Source: Dicyema japonicum (taxonomy: Eukaryota > Animalia > Dicyemida). Taken from it: DNA of 64,000 nt. The first letter of the stretch is position 1. Each line of letters begins with the position of its first letter. Below are positions 1 through 12,692 of the stretch, in pieces. The notes under the pieces are model-generated. The model was not told where the DNA came from. It searched no databases and was given only the letters and a program-made list of their open reading frames with translations. Position numbers and translations under genes: made by a program. The stretch is from assembly GCA_011109175.1 (NCBI GenBank), contig RDEW01000016.1, forward strand, positions 236,049 to 300,048, given 5' to 3'.

Positions 1-1756
1 CCACAATCGTTACTATAATTTAAATTATATGCAGTTATTGGGACGATTATATGCGTACACCAAATATACGAAAAGGGAGACAGTGCATTTATCCAGATAT
101 CTCACGTACCCGTCACATGAATATTGCTCGTACCAGCAAGTTTGTTTAGCATGATTTACTTAAGGGGAATTTTTGGATAAATATTCGAAAAATAGTCTGA
201 ATGAAGTTTGTAGTATAAATTGGCAAGAAACCGATATCAGTTACCTTTACAACGTATTGTTTATTTTTATAAATAGGAGGAATATTCTAAAAATTTTGAT
301 TCCCAAATGGAAGATGCAATTTTAGTTACTTTTGAGTTTGTCAAAAAAGTGGACATGTCTTATTTTAAAAAGATTAAAATCAAGTATTCAACAGAAACTT
401 TTGTTTCAATTGCGGAATATTTTGGTCTATGAGCGACGAAAAAGTTTGTCTTTCATCACATCTTTAGTCTGGGATTTATCGGTGCTCATATCACGGAAGA
501 ATTCTATTTTACTATCAAAATGTGTATGTTTATTTGATTCCCAGTTGATTCAACTTTTTGATTGTTCATAAATTTTTTTGCTTTTTTTCAGTAATGCTTT
601 CGCGATTTTTTTGAAGTTTAAGAATATTAGTATTTTAATTAAAAAATTGAGCTAAATTAACGAGAAAATAAAAAAATAAATAAATTTCCCAAATTTACTT
701 TATGTAAAAATTCTTTGAAATCTGCTTGCAGAAAAAATATTCATTTTGATCACGTGAATAGATGCGTCAAACCTAAGATAAGGATTTTCTAGGGATAGCA
801 TGCACCACTACGCTTTGTTATTCGTCCTGAATCGTTAACTAGATTGCTTAACTGGAACCATCAACAACTGACTATCGAATGTAAAGATGAATGGTTTGCC
901 AAAATCATCTTATTCATCGTTGATATAAAGTTGATTGAACAGTCAAATGATGAACAAAACAGTTATGAAAAGATATTGGCTTATAAATTAACTACGCCAA
1001 ATCTGATACAAAATTTTTGATTTTTTTGACTTTATAGCTGTTAATCAACTTTATATCAAGAGATTCTCTATTCTAGGCATACGGCCGTAAGACATTCTCG
1101 ATTTTTATCAGAATTATTTCATCATCTAATATCCCTGATGACTCTTATCCCTTGATGAGATTTATGATTAAAGAAGTCGTATTTTTTGGATATTATGTCG
1201 ATGTTTGAATATTGGATACAAGTAGACAAGTTGCATCATCTCCTGTAGTTATATTTTTCTTCATTCCCTCATTTCTTTGTTAATACGATATAGCCAATTT
1301 TAAAAATACTTTTTGTCATAAAATCTTTGTATGAAGCAGCATATTTAATGCCAATGGTCTTTAAATTTACTATTCTCAATGCTTTTGACGACTTTGATTT
1401 TTATCAGAATACAAAATTTTTAGTCTTTAAGAAATTTGAATTTTATATCAAATTGTTTCTTAAATTTGTGGAACAACCTATTTGATGTGATAAAGTATTT
1501 ATTAGAATGACTACTATCAATTTTATAAGCATAAGTTTTAATATTGGTCCTTGATCGGGAAACCTTTATCTCAGAGAATGAAAACTTCATAAACTTCCGT
1601 ATTTAATTAGTACCCATTTACCAATTTGACGTGGAGCAGCCTTCACATGGGATTTCTTCTTTTTCAGTCAAAATAGACTTTATTTAAAAATACAATATTT
1701 CTCACAAATAAATGCATATTTATACAGATCAGACTTTATTTTTTTACATATCTAAT

Positions 1757-1865
1757 TTTTAATTTTTATTTAACTTCTCGGCAATATCCCTAATAGTATT
1801 TCGTTACTAATTTTTAATTTTGATTTAACTTCTCGGCAATATCCCGAATAGTACATCGTTACTAA
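1757..1865. repeat. Direct tandem duplication, about 57 bp x2
   Basis: tttaacttctcggcaatatcc(ct/cg)aatagta...cgttactaa occurs twice in tandem. Confidence 0.85.
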
Positions 1866-1966
1866 ACAAAATAAATTTTATTTTAAATCTATTAAATTTT
1901 AAAAATAAAAATTTGAAAATGTGAATTAATTATTTTACTTTTTTTAATAAAGACATTTATTTAACA

Positions 1967-2422
1967 CGCTGGAACCTGGGGAAGTTCCTTCAACAAAGTA
2001 TCGAAACTGGATTCGTTCCATAGAAGGCAACTAAGAAGTTACTCGGAATGGAGTGGCCACGTAAAATTTCAACCACTGGTATTTATAACAAGTGTATGTG
2101 TTCGTACATCAGCAAGGATGTGATAGATGTCCGGTGGAGGCTATTTAGGCATGTATTAAAAATGAACCTGGACGCACCCGCTAACAAAGCGATGGAAGAT
2201 TACTTCGACAGTTGCGACAAACTCTTTCGCAGACGACAAGATCGACACTTCCGACTGCCTTAAACAAAGATCTAAAGACGGGGGACGACCTGGACGAATT
2301 GAGATCACTAGCTTTCGACAGAGGATGATGGAAGAGACTAACTACAAATATTGCTAACATGAGTGTTGCACATGCGGGGCTATAGACATTATGGCTTTTG
2401 TGGAAGTCCTTTAAATAATAAA
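1967..2422 (+). mobile_element. 5'-truncated RTE-clade LINE 3' end
   Basis: Translates HRRQLR...WPRKIS...RWRLFRHVLKM...APANKAM, typical of the RTE ORF C-terminus; taa-rich tail; 10-bp TSD ttatttaaca at 1957-1966 and 2423-2432. Confidence 0.85.
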
Positions 2423-2432
2423 TTATTTAACA

Positions 2433-2745
2433 AAAAAACAAATGTTAATTGAGGAAGCCTGCTGCGTGGATCGCGAATGAGTTCCCTCGGATTATAGCAT
2501 TCCAATCTATTGTCTCAGCCAGAACCCTTCTCGTTGACCTTTTTTCTGGCAAGCATTTTTCCAATTTCGCGCAAGAACTCAGCCGTCATTGAACCAACGG
2601 CTCTTGATGACTCAACCGCAACAGCAGTAAATCGATACCGGTCACTGAGGCAAGAATATTTCTTGATTTTTAGTTTTTCCACAATTGAAGCAGCTGCCTC
2701 AGGAACCGATTTAAGAAGGTTCGTGCTTGAATATGTGTCAATAAT
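2433..2745 (-). mobile_element. CRE-like non-LTR element 3' end (restriction-like endonuclease)
   Basis: DTYSSTN...KIKKYSCL.DRYRF.AVAVESS.AVG...IGMLIRGNS; close in sequence to the copies at 42076 and 52073. Confidence 0.8.
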
Positions 2746-2747
2746 AT

Positions 2748-2945
2748 AAGAAATAAGCGTAATAACCGTCAATGTCTATCACTGCTTTATTTTACTATAA
2801 AAATAAATAAGCGTAATAACCGTCAATGTCTATCACTGCTTTATTTTACTATAAAAGAAATAAGCGTAATAACCGTCAATGTCTATCACTGCTTTATTTT
2901 ACTATAAAAAGAAATAAGCGTAATAACCGTCAATGTCTATTACTG
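2748..2945 (+). repeat. Tandem repeat, about 54 bp x3.7, covering the start-codon region of the next gene
   Basis: Unit aaataagcgtaataaccgtcaATGtctatcactgctttattttactataaaa. Confidence 0.95.
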
Positions 2946-3252
2946 TGTTATTCGGATTGATTTTCTATGGTACATTATAAGTTATCATTTAGCTTCTTGC
3001 ATTCAAGCAAGAATATTCGATGAGGAAATAAAAAGAAATAATAACACATCACCAAGAATAAATGGAAACCATACAGAGGATTTGAACAATTATACTCCGA
3101 GAGGTTATTATACACGTCGTAATAATACATCAGAGAGATTCAATGGAAACTATGAAGTTGATTTGAACAATTATACTACAAGAAATTATTATACACATCG
3201 TAATAATACATCAGAGAGATTCGATGGAAACAAGTCAATTGCTGTCGATTAA
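2933..3252 (+). CDS. Small secreted 98-aa protein with 27-aa Asn/Tyr/Arg-rich repeats (2 exons; intron 2970-2992)
   Basis: Removing the 23-nt intron gtacattataagttatcatttag gives MSITVLFGLIFYASCIQARIFDEEIKRNNNTSPRINGNHTEDLNNYTPRGYYTRRNNTSERFNGNYEVDLNNYTTRNYYTHRNNTSERFDGNKSIAVD*; hydrophobic N-terminus; the 81-nt repeats keep frame. Confidence 0.7.
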
Positions 3253-3899
3253 CAATTTCTTTAACCTACTAACATTCTTTTATTTGGCTTAATTAATTAG
3301 TTCTTCCTGACTTTTAGTTTATTTTAAATTTTTTTAGTTTCTGTCGAAAATTAACACTTGTGCTTCTTTTAATTTATGTTGGAAAAGTAGGCCAGAAATA
3401 TCACTTGTTCTTGGACTGAATCACGCTCCACGCGATTGTATTATAAACAAATGGAAGTAAAGCAGAAAATTTTTGTTTTTTCTTAGGTGACTGGGATGTC
3501 TGGATAATTCAAAGTAAGGAGATTTTTTTGTCAATAAAATCAAAAATTCATGTGTTTTTTAAAATTGTTCAAAGCTTATAAAAATGTAATCTAATAGTCT
3601 AATAGCTAATATAAACTTTTATAGACTTGCTTTAAGGACTGATGCAGATGATCTTAACTTCTCAGAGTGAGCTTTTTCTTCGCTTAGTCGAATATGATGA
3701 AATCGATTTTTTTTCGTTTTTACTCAAATTTCCACAGCCTAATTCTTTACTATGACAGTACTGAATTGGCATTTAACTTTTTTGACCACCTTATATCATG
3801 TAGCTAACATAGATGCAAATATGTGAACCTCAGTACTTAGTTATGGCGTTGTAAGTAGTTAATATACATATTCGACAACAACTAACTGCATTTGTTAAA

Positions 3900-4400
3900 A
3901 ACGTTGCATATCGGAATTACTGTCACCGCAATTTCTTCCTCTCTTTTGCAAAGATGAGTGCGGAAGATTCCAGTCATAGGCGACATAAATGAAATCATTA
4001 AACGTGGTTTGGAAGATGTTCTGTCCCCTACCATCATCGAACCTGTTGTAGTTGATCAAAGAGATGAGAGGGACCAGATGATATGAAAATATTTCCCAAT
4101 TTTGCCAAAGGTCACTCTCTTGTATATGATGCTACTATTTTTGATACCTGACAAAAACGATATCGAGTTTACACTCAGATTGTCCTGTCGCTGACTCTTC
4201 CGAACAGAGTAAGATGGCTAAATAGTCATGATTTGAAGACCGTTTTGTCCCAATTGTCTTTGAGACTTTAGTTTGGCGAAAATGCAATCTCGTCATAGTT
4301 GGAGGATCCTCTGGAGCGGTGCTGTTCCAGAACGTCTTAAAATGGCGATTGTTAGAGGTAAAGCTTACTGCATTTGCAGTCGTCCATAAATATAAAGACA
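3900..4400 (+). mobile_element. Degenerate CRE-like endonuclease region
   Basis: RH..NEIIKRGL...EP...PD...GHSLVYDAT...FVPIVFETL across frameshifts. Confidence 0.6.
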
Positions 4401-5149
4401 TTTTATTAAAGGATTAGTTAACATCAAAAGGAAAAGAAATAAAAATTAATCTGTAAAAAAGTGTTTTAATCCTCTCGGACCTCATCACGTGATAAGTGAG
4501 TAAACTGATTTATCATCATTTCATATGATATATCGCCCTCTTCGTATTTGTCGTTATGATCGTTTATTTTTTTCACATTCTTGGAAAATATATTGAATCT
4601 ATATTCATCTTCAGTATTATCAAATTCAAAAATCTACAAATTTAATATTTATTATTGCCATATTTTTCTTTGTTAAGCTTGCCACAATTTCCACATAGAG
4701 TTGTCAACCATAATTCAAAATTGACCCAATTTCAATTTTTTTCTGAATATATCAAGATTTTAATTAATATAAATATAATATTAAAAAATATATTTAATTT
4801 TCAATTATTTCTCTTTAATCGCTATTATCATTAAATTATAACTTGACCTTTTGGAGATGAAGATTATTTCAATGAATAGTTCAAATAGGTAAGTCGATTT
4901 AGGGTCAAGTTTGTTATATTCAAACTGGCAATTTTAACATGCTGCTGTAGGTTATTTAATTAAATTTTTTGGATATAGGGTTTCACGACAGTAGCATTAT
5001 TTTCCCACCATTTCTTCATAGTCAAGCCGTTAGCCAAAACATCCAGTCTTTGATGTTTAATTTTTTAAGCATCCACCAAAAATGATAATTTGCCCTTCAA
5101 TTAAGATATTGAGATGATCCACAAGAACTGGCAGCGACATTGCTGCTGT

Positions 5150-5660
5150 TGCTGAGGGACGTCGACACCAAAGGGTTACATCCTCAGTCAGCCGACGGAG
5201 GGTGGGTTTGCACCGCACCATGCAGCCCTCAGTGATTTTGTTCTACGGGCTCTCGGAGCCACAGGGATTCCGGTTCAACTGGAACTTTCAGAGTGGACAG
5301 AGGCGATGGGATGTCATTATTTCCATACTCTAGTGGTAAATCATTTGTTTGGAACGACGCAAGTGTGGACACATTTTCTGGGACCAGATCGCTGACTGCG
5401 GCACATTCTCCTGGATACGCAGCAGACAAGGCAGAGTTCAGGAAAATCCAAAAATACAAATCTCTCAGGGAGAAATGTCATTTCGTTCCTATTTCGATGG
5501 AAACTTTAGGGGTCGTAAGAGAGACGCCTTTCTCACCAATATCGGACGAAGGAGATATTAGAAACATAAATGAACCACGAAGGAATTGTCGGATCCATGA
5601 AATATGTTCAGCCTAAAATTAAAGGAACTTGGAAGATCTGCCATAAACTACATATAGGAT
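5150..5660 (+). mobile_element. CRE-like non-LTR element 3' fragment
   Basis: DGMSLFPYSSGKSFVWNDASVDTF...AADKAEFRKIQKYKSL...FVPISMETLG. Confidence 0.8.
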
Positions 5661-5691
5661 GATATTTAATGTGATTCTATGTATTTTGAAT

Positions 5692-5960
5692 AAATACTGC
5701 ACTTTACGAATAGCCATATTAGCTGTAGCTCTTCCCAGGTAGGAACACATTTTATTTTAAGTGAAGAACAATTATCATAATTAATCGTAAAAAGCTCTTC
5801 ACTTCTTTTTGTTGAATCCTTTTGTAGACGATCAGGTTCCTCAGTGAGATGTTAACTGATGAAGGCGTCACTCGTCAATCCAAAGCATCGTGATACATGG
5901 AACCTTCAGCCTAAATGTATAGCAGCAAGATTCGAAGTAGATGCCATTTGCCCGGCACTC
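5692..5960 (-). mobile_element. tRNA-derived SINE family 1, copy
   Basis: Shares the core ttgacgagtgacgcc.tcatcagt with copies at 14300, 22485 and 23170; shares the 3' part gctaatatggct..gtaaagtgca with the 14300 copy. Confidence 0.75.
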
Positions 5961-7307
5961 GTTACAATGCACCACTCTACGTTTTTTTGTAATATAATAA
6001 TTTTGCTTATAAATTATTTTTTAGCATCAAAAATGAGGTTGGAGCTCATGCCACCAAAAGAACAACTCATAAATGTATTTAGTTGATACGCTGGAACAAA
6101 CAGAGACATTCCAATATTACACAATTCATGAGAAAAAAGAAGACAAGCCATTTATCATCAAACAAAAAAGGAAATTCCGTAAGATGGTAGTGCATCATCA
6201 CCTCCAAAAGGAATTCCAAAAAAAGTGAACCATCTAATTAAGTGATCCCTTTAGACTTCAACAGGTTCGAGAGTTTTTTTCTGTTCTCCTACATAGTACC
6301 CAGTAAATTTGAAATTTAATGACATTAGCGTGGCGTCAGGTGGTTCACCTTAAGTGGTGAAGTTAATTTTTAAAGACACAGAAAAAAACCATTTTCTATT
6401 CCCCGTCGAGCTGACTTGTATGTCTGAATGGTATACATCACCTTGAGAAACAACTTGTTACAAAGAAAAAGTTAAAAACATGATTTTGATTGATTTAATT
6501 TAAAATTATTTTTTAATATTTTATTAAAAAATATTTAAAACAATCATGGCGACGTGTTTTTAATTGAGAACTTGTGATATGGTCAATGATTATGAGCGAC
6601 ATATGATTTAATGATAAATTAATACTTAGCCAAATATGAGACCATTAAAAACATTTTTTTAATTTATTACTGAAATTCATCAAATTAGTCTTTTACTTTC
6701 TATACAAAATATAGTTGTGGTATTTAATTTTTTTAAAAAAGAATACAAGTAAAGATTTTTAGTTAAGAGGAAAGGATTGCAAAGGAGTTCTCACTGAACA
6801 CTCCCATTTGAGTCTCTGCCTCAACCAGAGTTTTCAAGGGGCTCGCATCTCTTAGAAGCAAGCCTTTTTTCCTCACTAGTTAGTCGACGTTATATTTTTA
6901 ATTTCCTGTTCAATTATGTAATTTCATTATTTTCATGTCTCTGTGTAAAATATTTCATTCCTTCCTCTGGATCCTTTTAAAATCCGAATATTTCATCTTT
7001 TTATATGCTTTATGTAATATAATTTTGTTACTGCTGTTATTCTTTGAACAACTGATCCTATCCAAAATATTTCAAAACTATTGTTTTTGTGGATGTTGCT
7101 AATTGAATTGATTGCGTTTGTAAAATTCCCTAATATTTAAAAGAACTAATTTTATCACATTCGGCGTCGTAATTTCAAAATAGAATTTTACTACAGCGAA
7201 CCAACTACCCATCTAAAACTATCAGAATACCTTTTGGTAACAACATCTGGAGGACATCCGATATCTCTGTTAAGATATTAAAGATTTTATAATTCCATTA
7301 TTTAATG

Positions 7308-7730
7308 CAGTGTTTCTTAACGGAGACACTGGCGCTAGAACATATAAGGGACCTGGAATTTTAATTTTTTAATTATTATAAATTTTTGCATTACGTTTTA
7401 TAAATCATTTATCACGTGCTTTTCTAATTAATTCTACTTTTCTTGTGTGTACTTTTCTAAAAAATTATTTACTGATATATTTATAAATATTTAATATTTT
7501 ATAGATGTGTGATAAAAAAGTAAAACGACGTATATATTCGGATGAATACTTAAAGTTTGGAGTGATACCCTACGAGCACAACAAATTACTTCCTATGTGT
7601 AGTCTTTACAATGAAGGAATGAAGCATCCAAGAAATCAAATCATCTTAAGATTTTTTATCCTCAGAATACGTTTTTCTAATCTGAAATATAATTATGAAA
7701 ATCGTCTTATGATTAATCAATTATAAGGTC
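7308..7730 (+). mobile_element. Buster/Charlie-type hAT 5' fragment
   Basis: Starts cagtgtttcttaac; ORF KRRIYSDEYLKFG...LPMC...NEGMK (BED-finger N-terminus of ZBED5/Buster-like transposases). Confidence 0.7.
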
Positions 7731-7949
7731 CTTTAAATTGGCACAAAAATGTTCCTGAACTATTTGTGGCCAATTTGGGAATTTGAAACACCTGGGTATT
7801 TCAGATTTTGAAATCATAACTGGCTTTAATATTGCACATAAATAATTGAAACCCGATCTTTGAAATTTTCATAACCAAAATCGTTTTTGCATATGCTCTT
7901 GGAATAGTATATAAATTTTCTTTATGTAGCTTCCCTCCTCGCACGTCTC

Positions 7950-8030
7950 AGCCGCTCATTTAGACAGCAGCGAGATTCTAACCGTGACTTTGGTCCGGAA
8001 CTTAATACACCGAGCCATTTTGCCAATATC
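7950..8030 (-). mobile_element. SINE family 1 head fragment
   Basis: acagcagcgagattctaaccgtgac matches the B-box region of the 22485 copy. Confidence 0.55.
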
Positions 8031-10315
8031 TGATACATACCTCGAAATGCAACCGAGTTTTATTTTTACGGAAAACACAATTAAATCAATATTAATACTC
8101 GCTTCTAGACCTTTCTCCTCTTAGAAGAGGAGTCGTTAACCTGACACTCATCCGTTTCTGCCTCAGCTGCCTTTGCCTGGCACGTCATCGAACTGATTTC
8201 CTAATTCCACCAGGTGGATCTATGAATATCAAATTGAATAAATCTATGAAAATCAAATTGTAAACGTACTATTTTGGCTTCGTGAAGATTTGAAAGATAA
8301 TTTAATAAAAACGGAATTTTGTGATAAGAAAAAAGTCAAATTTCCACCAAAGAAATCTTTAGTGCTAGTCTCGCAACTACTACCAAGCAAACTATTTGTT
8401 AGCTGCATGGTAAAAAAAAGAATTTTTGCCTCTTCGCTACAAATGTTTTCTCCATGAGCAGTTGATTCACTCGCAAACCAGTTTCTGCATATTGAAGCTG
8501 TTTAGCTAAAAACACAAATCGGTAGGTTGTATCTTAACAAACATGAATTCATTCTAAAACTAATACAGTCAACCCTCGCTATTCTCCTTATTAATTGGCC
8601 AATTTTTAAATTAATTTTTTAATAAAAATTGGAAAAAGGAAGATTATAAAAAATAAACGGTCTTTTAAAACTCAAAGTTTTTAAAGTTTTATTTTGACAC
8701 CTCAAGGATGAAAAACGAATTTTACTATTGATTGAGATCTCCCCTGCACATAGTGTGTCACAAACTTGGTATATATAAAAATATTGTTTTTTCATAAAAA
8801 TACCACGTGCTTACTTCAAGTCATGGAAATTGGCATTATACAATCTTTAAGAGTAATTCCACCAGACGCAAGTTAATCTATTTGACGGAATTATTGGAAA
8901 CTCAAAATATTACCAAAAATGGAAAACCGCAAAAAGAACTGTAGTATCGAAAATTTGTCGGTTCCTGGTTGCAAGATCGGGAAAAAATGAGAATATTGCT
9001 GAGAGAAGCAGGCAGAAGAACGAAATTTTAAATCCTCTAAAGTTAAGGATTTTATAAACATTGAATACACGTAGCATGAAACGTTTAATTAAAATTATCT
9101 AGAAGATTCAAGAAATAGTGAACAAGAATGTGAAAAATAAGACCTGTAGACAAAATGGATATTTCAGTTAGATTAACTGGAATAGAGAGGGCTTAGCTAA
9201 TGTTGAGAATGAATATGCCGTTTCTCTAATTTCTTCAATAAGAAAGTACAAAGCAAGTATTATTAAATAAAGCAAAGAAAAATAGTTAGACATTAAATTT
9301 TATTTTAATCAACTTGAATATCTTTTTTGTTCATTTAAGGCAGGGGTTCCCAAACTTATTCAGGTCATCGCCTTCTTTAACAAACTTTTAAAAAATATCG
9401 CCCACCGGGAAAACCTATATGGTAACGAGTTGGAAATAAAAAATTTAATAATTAATTTGAATAGTCATTACATTTGGTACGTGTGTTTTAAGTATGCCAT
9501 AAAACAGCGATAGCGACCAATCATTGAAGGTGTCCCATCAGTTGCACATGCACTATATTTGTTAATGGTATATCTTTAAGACAGAGAAATTCATGGACTT
9601 TGTCGAACATTGATTTCCCCTTTGTATCAGTTTCAAGCTTTCGAGCAAAAAGTAATTACTGCATAATTTGACCATCCTTGACAAAACGTACATATACAAG
9701 CAATAATGAGTCATTTCAGGAAGTATTGACTCATCTAATTGTAGACTGAATTCCGTATTTTTCAGTTTTAAACAAAGATCGTGTTTTCCACATCAAAAGC
9801 CATATCAAGAATACGTCTCTGAGTCGTATTGTTGCCAAGCGAAATCGACATAATAATACTCTTGGAAGGTGGTGCATTACTGTTTTCAGTACTTCATGAA
9901 TTGATGGTATTATCCTTTCTTCCCCAATTGTGTGTGCATTCCGATTGGCGATAAGTAAAGCGATGTTATATTGATACAACAAGCCATCATCACTACGTTT
10001 ATTATTACTGAGAATATTCTCTCCGGGTTCCGTTGATTTTTTTGTTTCCCCCGATACCTTTGGAAAACGTCAGCAGCTGGTTGGAATTATTTGGATGAAC
10101 CTATATTTTAATAAAATATTAGAACCCTTCGTAAATGCTGAATTAATCTAGAGAGCTTCATAGCCTCGTTAGAAAATGACTTTGAGCACAATAAACATAA
10201 ATGTCGTCTTTCATTATTAGGAGATGCTATGAAACCATATTTTAAATATTGAATAATATATTGACAGATTTTTTTTATTTAGTGTCTCTTGCTCCATCGT
10301 TGAATAATACAAATT

Positions 10316-12078
10316 CAGTAAGGTCCCGAATCCGCCAGATTTTGCCGATCCCCGAAATTGGCGGATTCAAAAATTTTGCGAATTCGAAAGACTTATTGAT
10401 TTTTTCATCTATGAATAATGTAAATCAACAAAATTATTTATAAGCAAAAAATAAGTAAGATTTGATTTGTTTCTTTTTATAGTTCGGATCATTGAAGATC
10501 CAAACTTTCAATAAACTCAAAATTTTCGACATTAAAGAATTTTTCTTGATTATAAAATTCTTTTAATTTATTTAAGCCTAGAAAAGCCTCGCTAATAATT
10601 ACACCTTTTTGACTGTCTTCAAGGGGTTCTTCAGTATCAATTTCTTGTTCTATTTTCTCTAAATCATTCAAGTTTTTCAGTCATGAATATCAAATTCTAT
10701 TTTGGCTGAATGATGACATCGATCTGAAGGTCGTGGGTTCAAATCCGAAAGATGGAGTTTTCAGCGAAGGTCAATTCTTGTCAAACAGATTCCACCCGTG
10801 AGGCGACGAGTCTTTCTGGCACGACACAGTTGTTAAAAAGGATCTTCCTGCCTTTCTCCCTGACCAAACACTCTAATGAAGATTGCATTATGAAAACTAT
10901 TCCGCTAAAGAATGAAGTGATGTCCGCGACGGTAGGACATGGGACAATTTTGGAAAAGGGCGGACCTACTTCTCCACCTTTCTTCGGAAGCGGAAGCCTG
11001 TAATAAAGTATTGGAAGATGGATTTGGTCGGCACAAGCAGATGTTCTCCCTTTGGTTTCTTCCTTGGATTAGTTAGTTATGACTGTTTGTGCTGGGCTTA
11101 CAATGGTAAGCCTGGGGTCAATAATAATAAAATTCTATTTCCCATTTCAAAAGAAATTGATTAAAAATTCTGCTATCCATCCATGCTTTTTTGAATTAGA
11201 ATATGTGACATATTTTTTAATATCAAAATTTTTGAAACATCTAGGATTTTTAAACATCTCAATTAGTAAAAGTGTTCGTTTATCTGTACCGTCCACATTT
11301 GTACATAACATGACTGAAACTCTGTCTTTCAATACCTTATAACCTGATTTAAGCTTTTTACTAACACTTTTGGACGATATCATTTTGTAAAATAAACCAG
11401 GTCGTCGACATTATAAACATTTTGAGCTCCGTAAAGATTGATTTAATTTGTGATTAATTTAATAAAATCTGATACCACATTAGGGTCAAAATTTAAAGTT
11501 GCAGATTTTCCATGCATATTTCGTAACTTCAAACCATTCCTCTTTTTAAATTTAACAAGCCACCCTTTGCTTCCTATGAAATCAGTGACCTTTCGTTTCG
11601 ATGCAAATGTTTTGGCTTCCTCAGTAATAATTTCAACATCCATTGAATTAACCCAAGAAATCGTATCATAATCGATTTCACTAAACTTTAAATATTCTTT
11701 GCGAGAAATGTCAGATCGTAAGTTATTCAAAAATTTTAATCCTCTTTTACTTCTCAGATCATCAAGTGATCTACGAGAAATAGGTGCATTATATTTTTTG
11801 AAAAAAAATTTCTGAAATTTTTATAGAAGATAATTCGATTCAATAAACTTTAAAATGGCAATTTTTTGTTTGTTTTTTAATCGTTAACAGTTACAATAAA
11901 CAATGACAAAGTGTTAGTAAGTTAATTATTTATTTATCAAATTATTTAAAAAATTATTTAAAATTAAGAGACTTGGCGGATTCATTAAAAAAATCTGGCG
12001 GATCGAGAAATTTTGTTAGAAAAATGGCGGATTAGAGAATTTATTAGTTATAATCGGCGGATCCGAGAGACTTTACTG
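10316..12078 (-). mobile_element. Tigger/pogo transposon, decayed
   Basis: TIRs cagtaaggtcccgaatccgcca / tcggcggatccgagagactttactg followed by TA; CENP-B HTH (GSKGWLVKFKKR) and DDE remnants (RVSVMLCTNVDGT..K.PRCFK). Confidence 0.9.
10703..11129 (+). mobile_element. tRNA-derived SINE family 2, full-length, inside the Tigger
   Basis: A box tggctgaatg, B box ggttcaaatcc, (taa)n tail, 11-bp TSD aaattctattt at 10692-10702 and 11130-11140; second copy at about 21730-22011. Confidence 0.85.
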
Positions 12079-12339
12079 TACACAGCAAATCACGCTAGTG
12101 TCAATTTAAAATTTCAGGTTCACCATACTGAAATTCTATTATATTAATTAGATGTATAATGTAAAATTTACAAATAATTTATTATCGCCCACTTGAAATT
12201 AAAATCGCCCCCGATAAACGATTTACTCATAAACACCCCCTTTGAATTTCTTATCGCCCACTTCGAGGAAACTTGTCTAAAAAAAGTATGTAAAAACCTT
12301 TGGATAATCGATATTTGAGTTATTTGTAATTAACACATA

Positions 12340-12580
12340 GTTTATACTGGTGCGGCTGGAAGTATTACAGCCTCTTTCCAAAGGAAATCGGGGGAAAATT
12401 GGCCCACCCGCAAGAAAGACGTGCCGGGAAGCGGTCTGGCTGAGGCAAAGAATTGGTATCGCTGTTATTCGCGGACACGCTTACTCCGTGATGTCAGGAG
12501 CCCCTCTCCCTTATAGTTAATAAATAATATTTTTTGTTAATAAATTTTTGTTCTTTAAAAAAAAAAAAAAAAAAAAAGTT
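12340..12580 (+). mobile_element. CRE-like 3' end (second subfamily) with poly(A)
   Basis: WLRQRIGIAVIRGHAYSVMSG then an A tract; matches 38235-38360 in reverse complement. Confidence 0.75.
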
Positions 12581-12620
12581 TAATACTTTCTTTTATATTT
12601 TAAATTTTTTAAAATATTTT

Positions 12621-12692
12621 TGTTTTCAAGTGATAAATTTGTCTTATCAAACCGGATAATATCAACGCCCCGGGTTCTTATGGCATACGACA
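12621..12692. repeat. Solo terminal inverted repeat of the Ginger-like family at 38377-40600
   Basis: tgttttcaagtgataaatttgtc...catacgaca matches 40529-40600. Confidence 0.8.

Larger units (their letters stand above)
9341..12277 (-). mobile_element. Decayed Buster-type hAT transposon (hosts a Tigger insertion)
   Basis: Left end caggggttcccaaac; atcgccc subterminal repeats at both ends; minus-strand remnants YLKYGF..CLLC..NEAMK, YNIALLIA..HTIGE, SLQLDES, ATDGTPSMIG. Confidence 0.8.

Noticed and set aside
1-700. MULE-like transposase remnant on the minus strand
   Set aside because: Only a faint D-G-like motif; not supportable.
2748-2945. CRISPR-like array
   Set aside because: Units are contiguous near-identical repeats with no unique spacers, in a eukaryotic context.
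6000-6485. Stop-codon reassignment suggested by TAA-interrupted frames
   Set aside because: The conserved genes here end in ordinary TAA, and their frame breaks are mostly explained by micro-introns.
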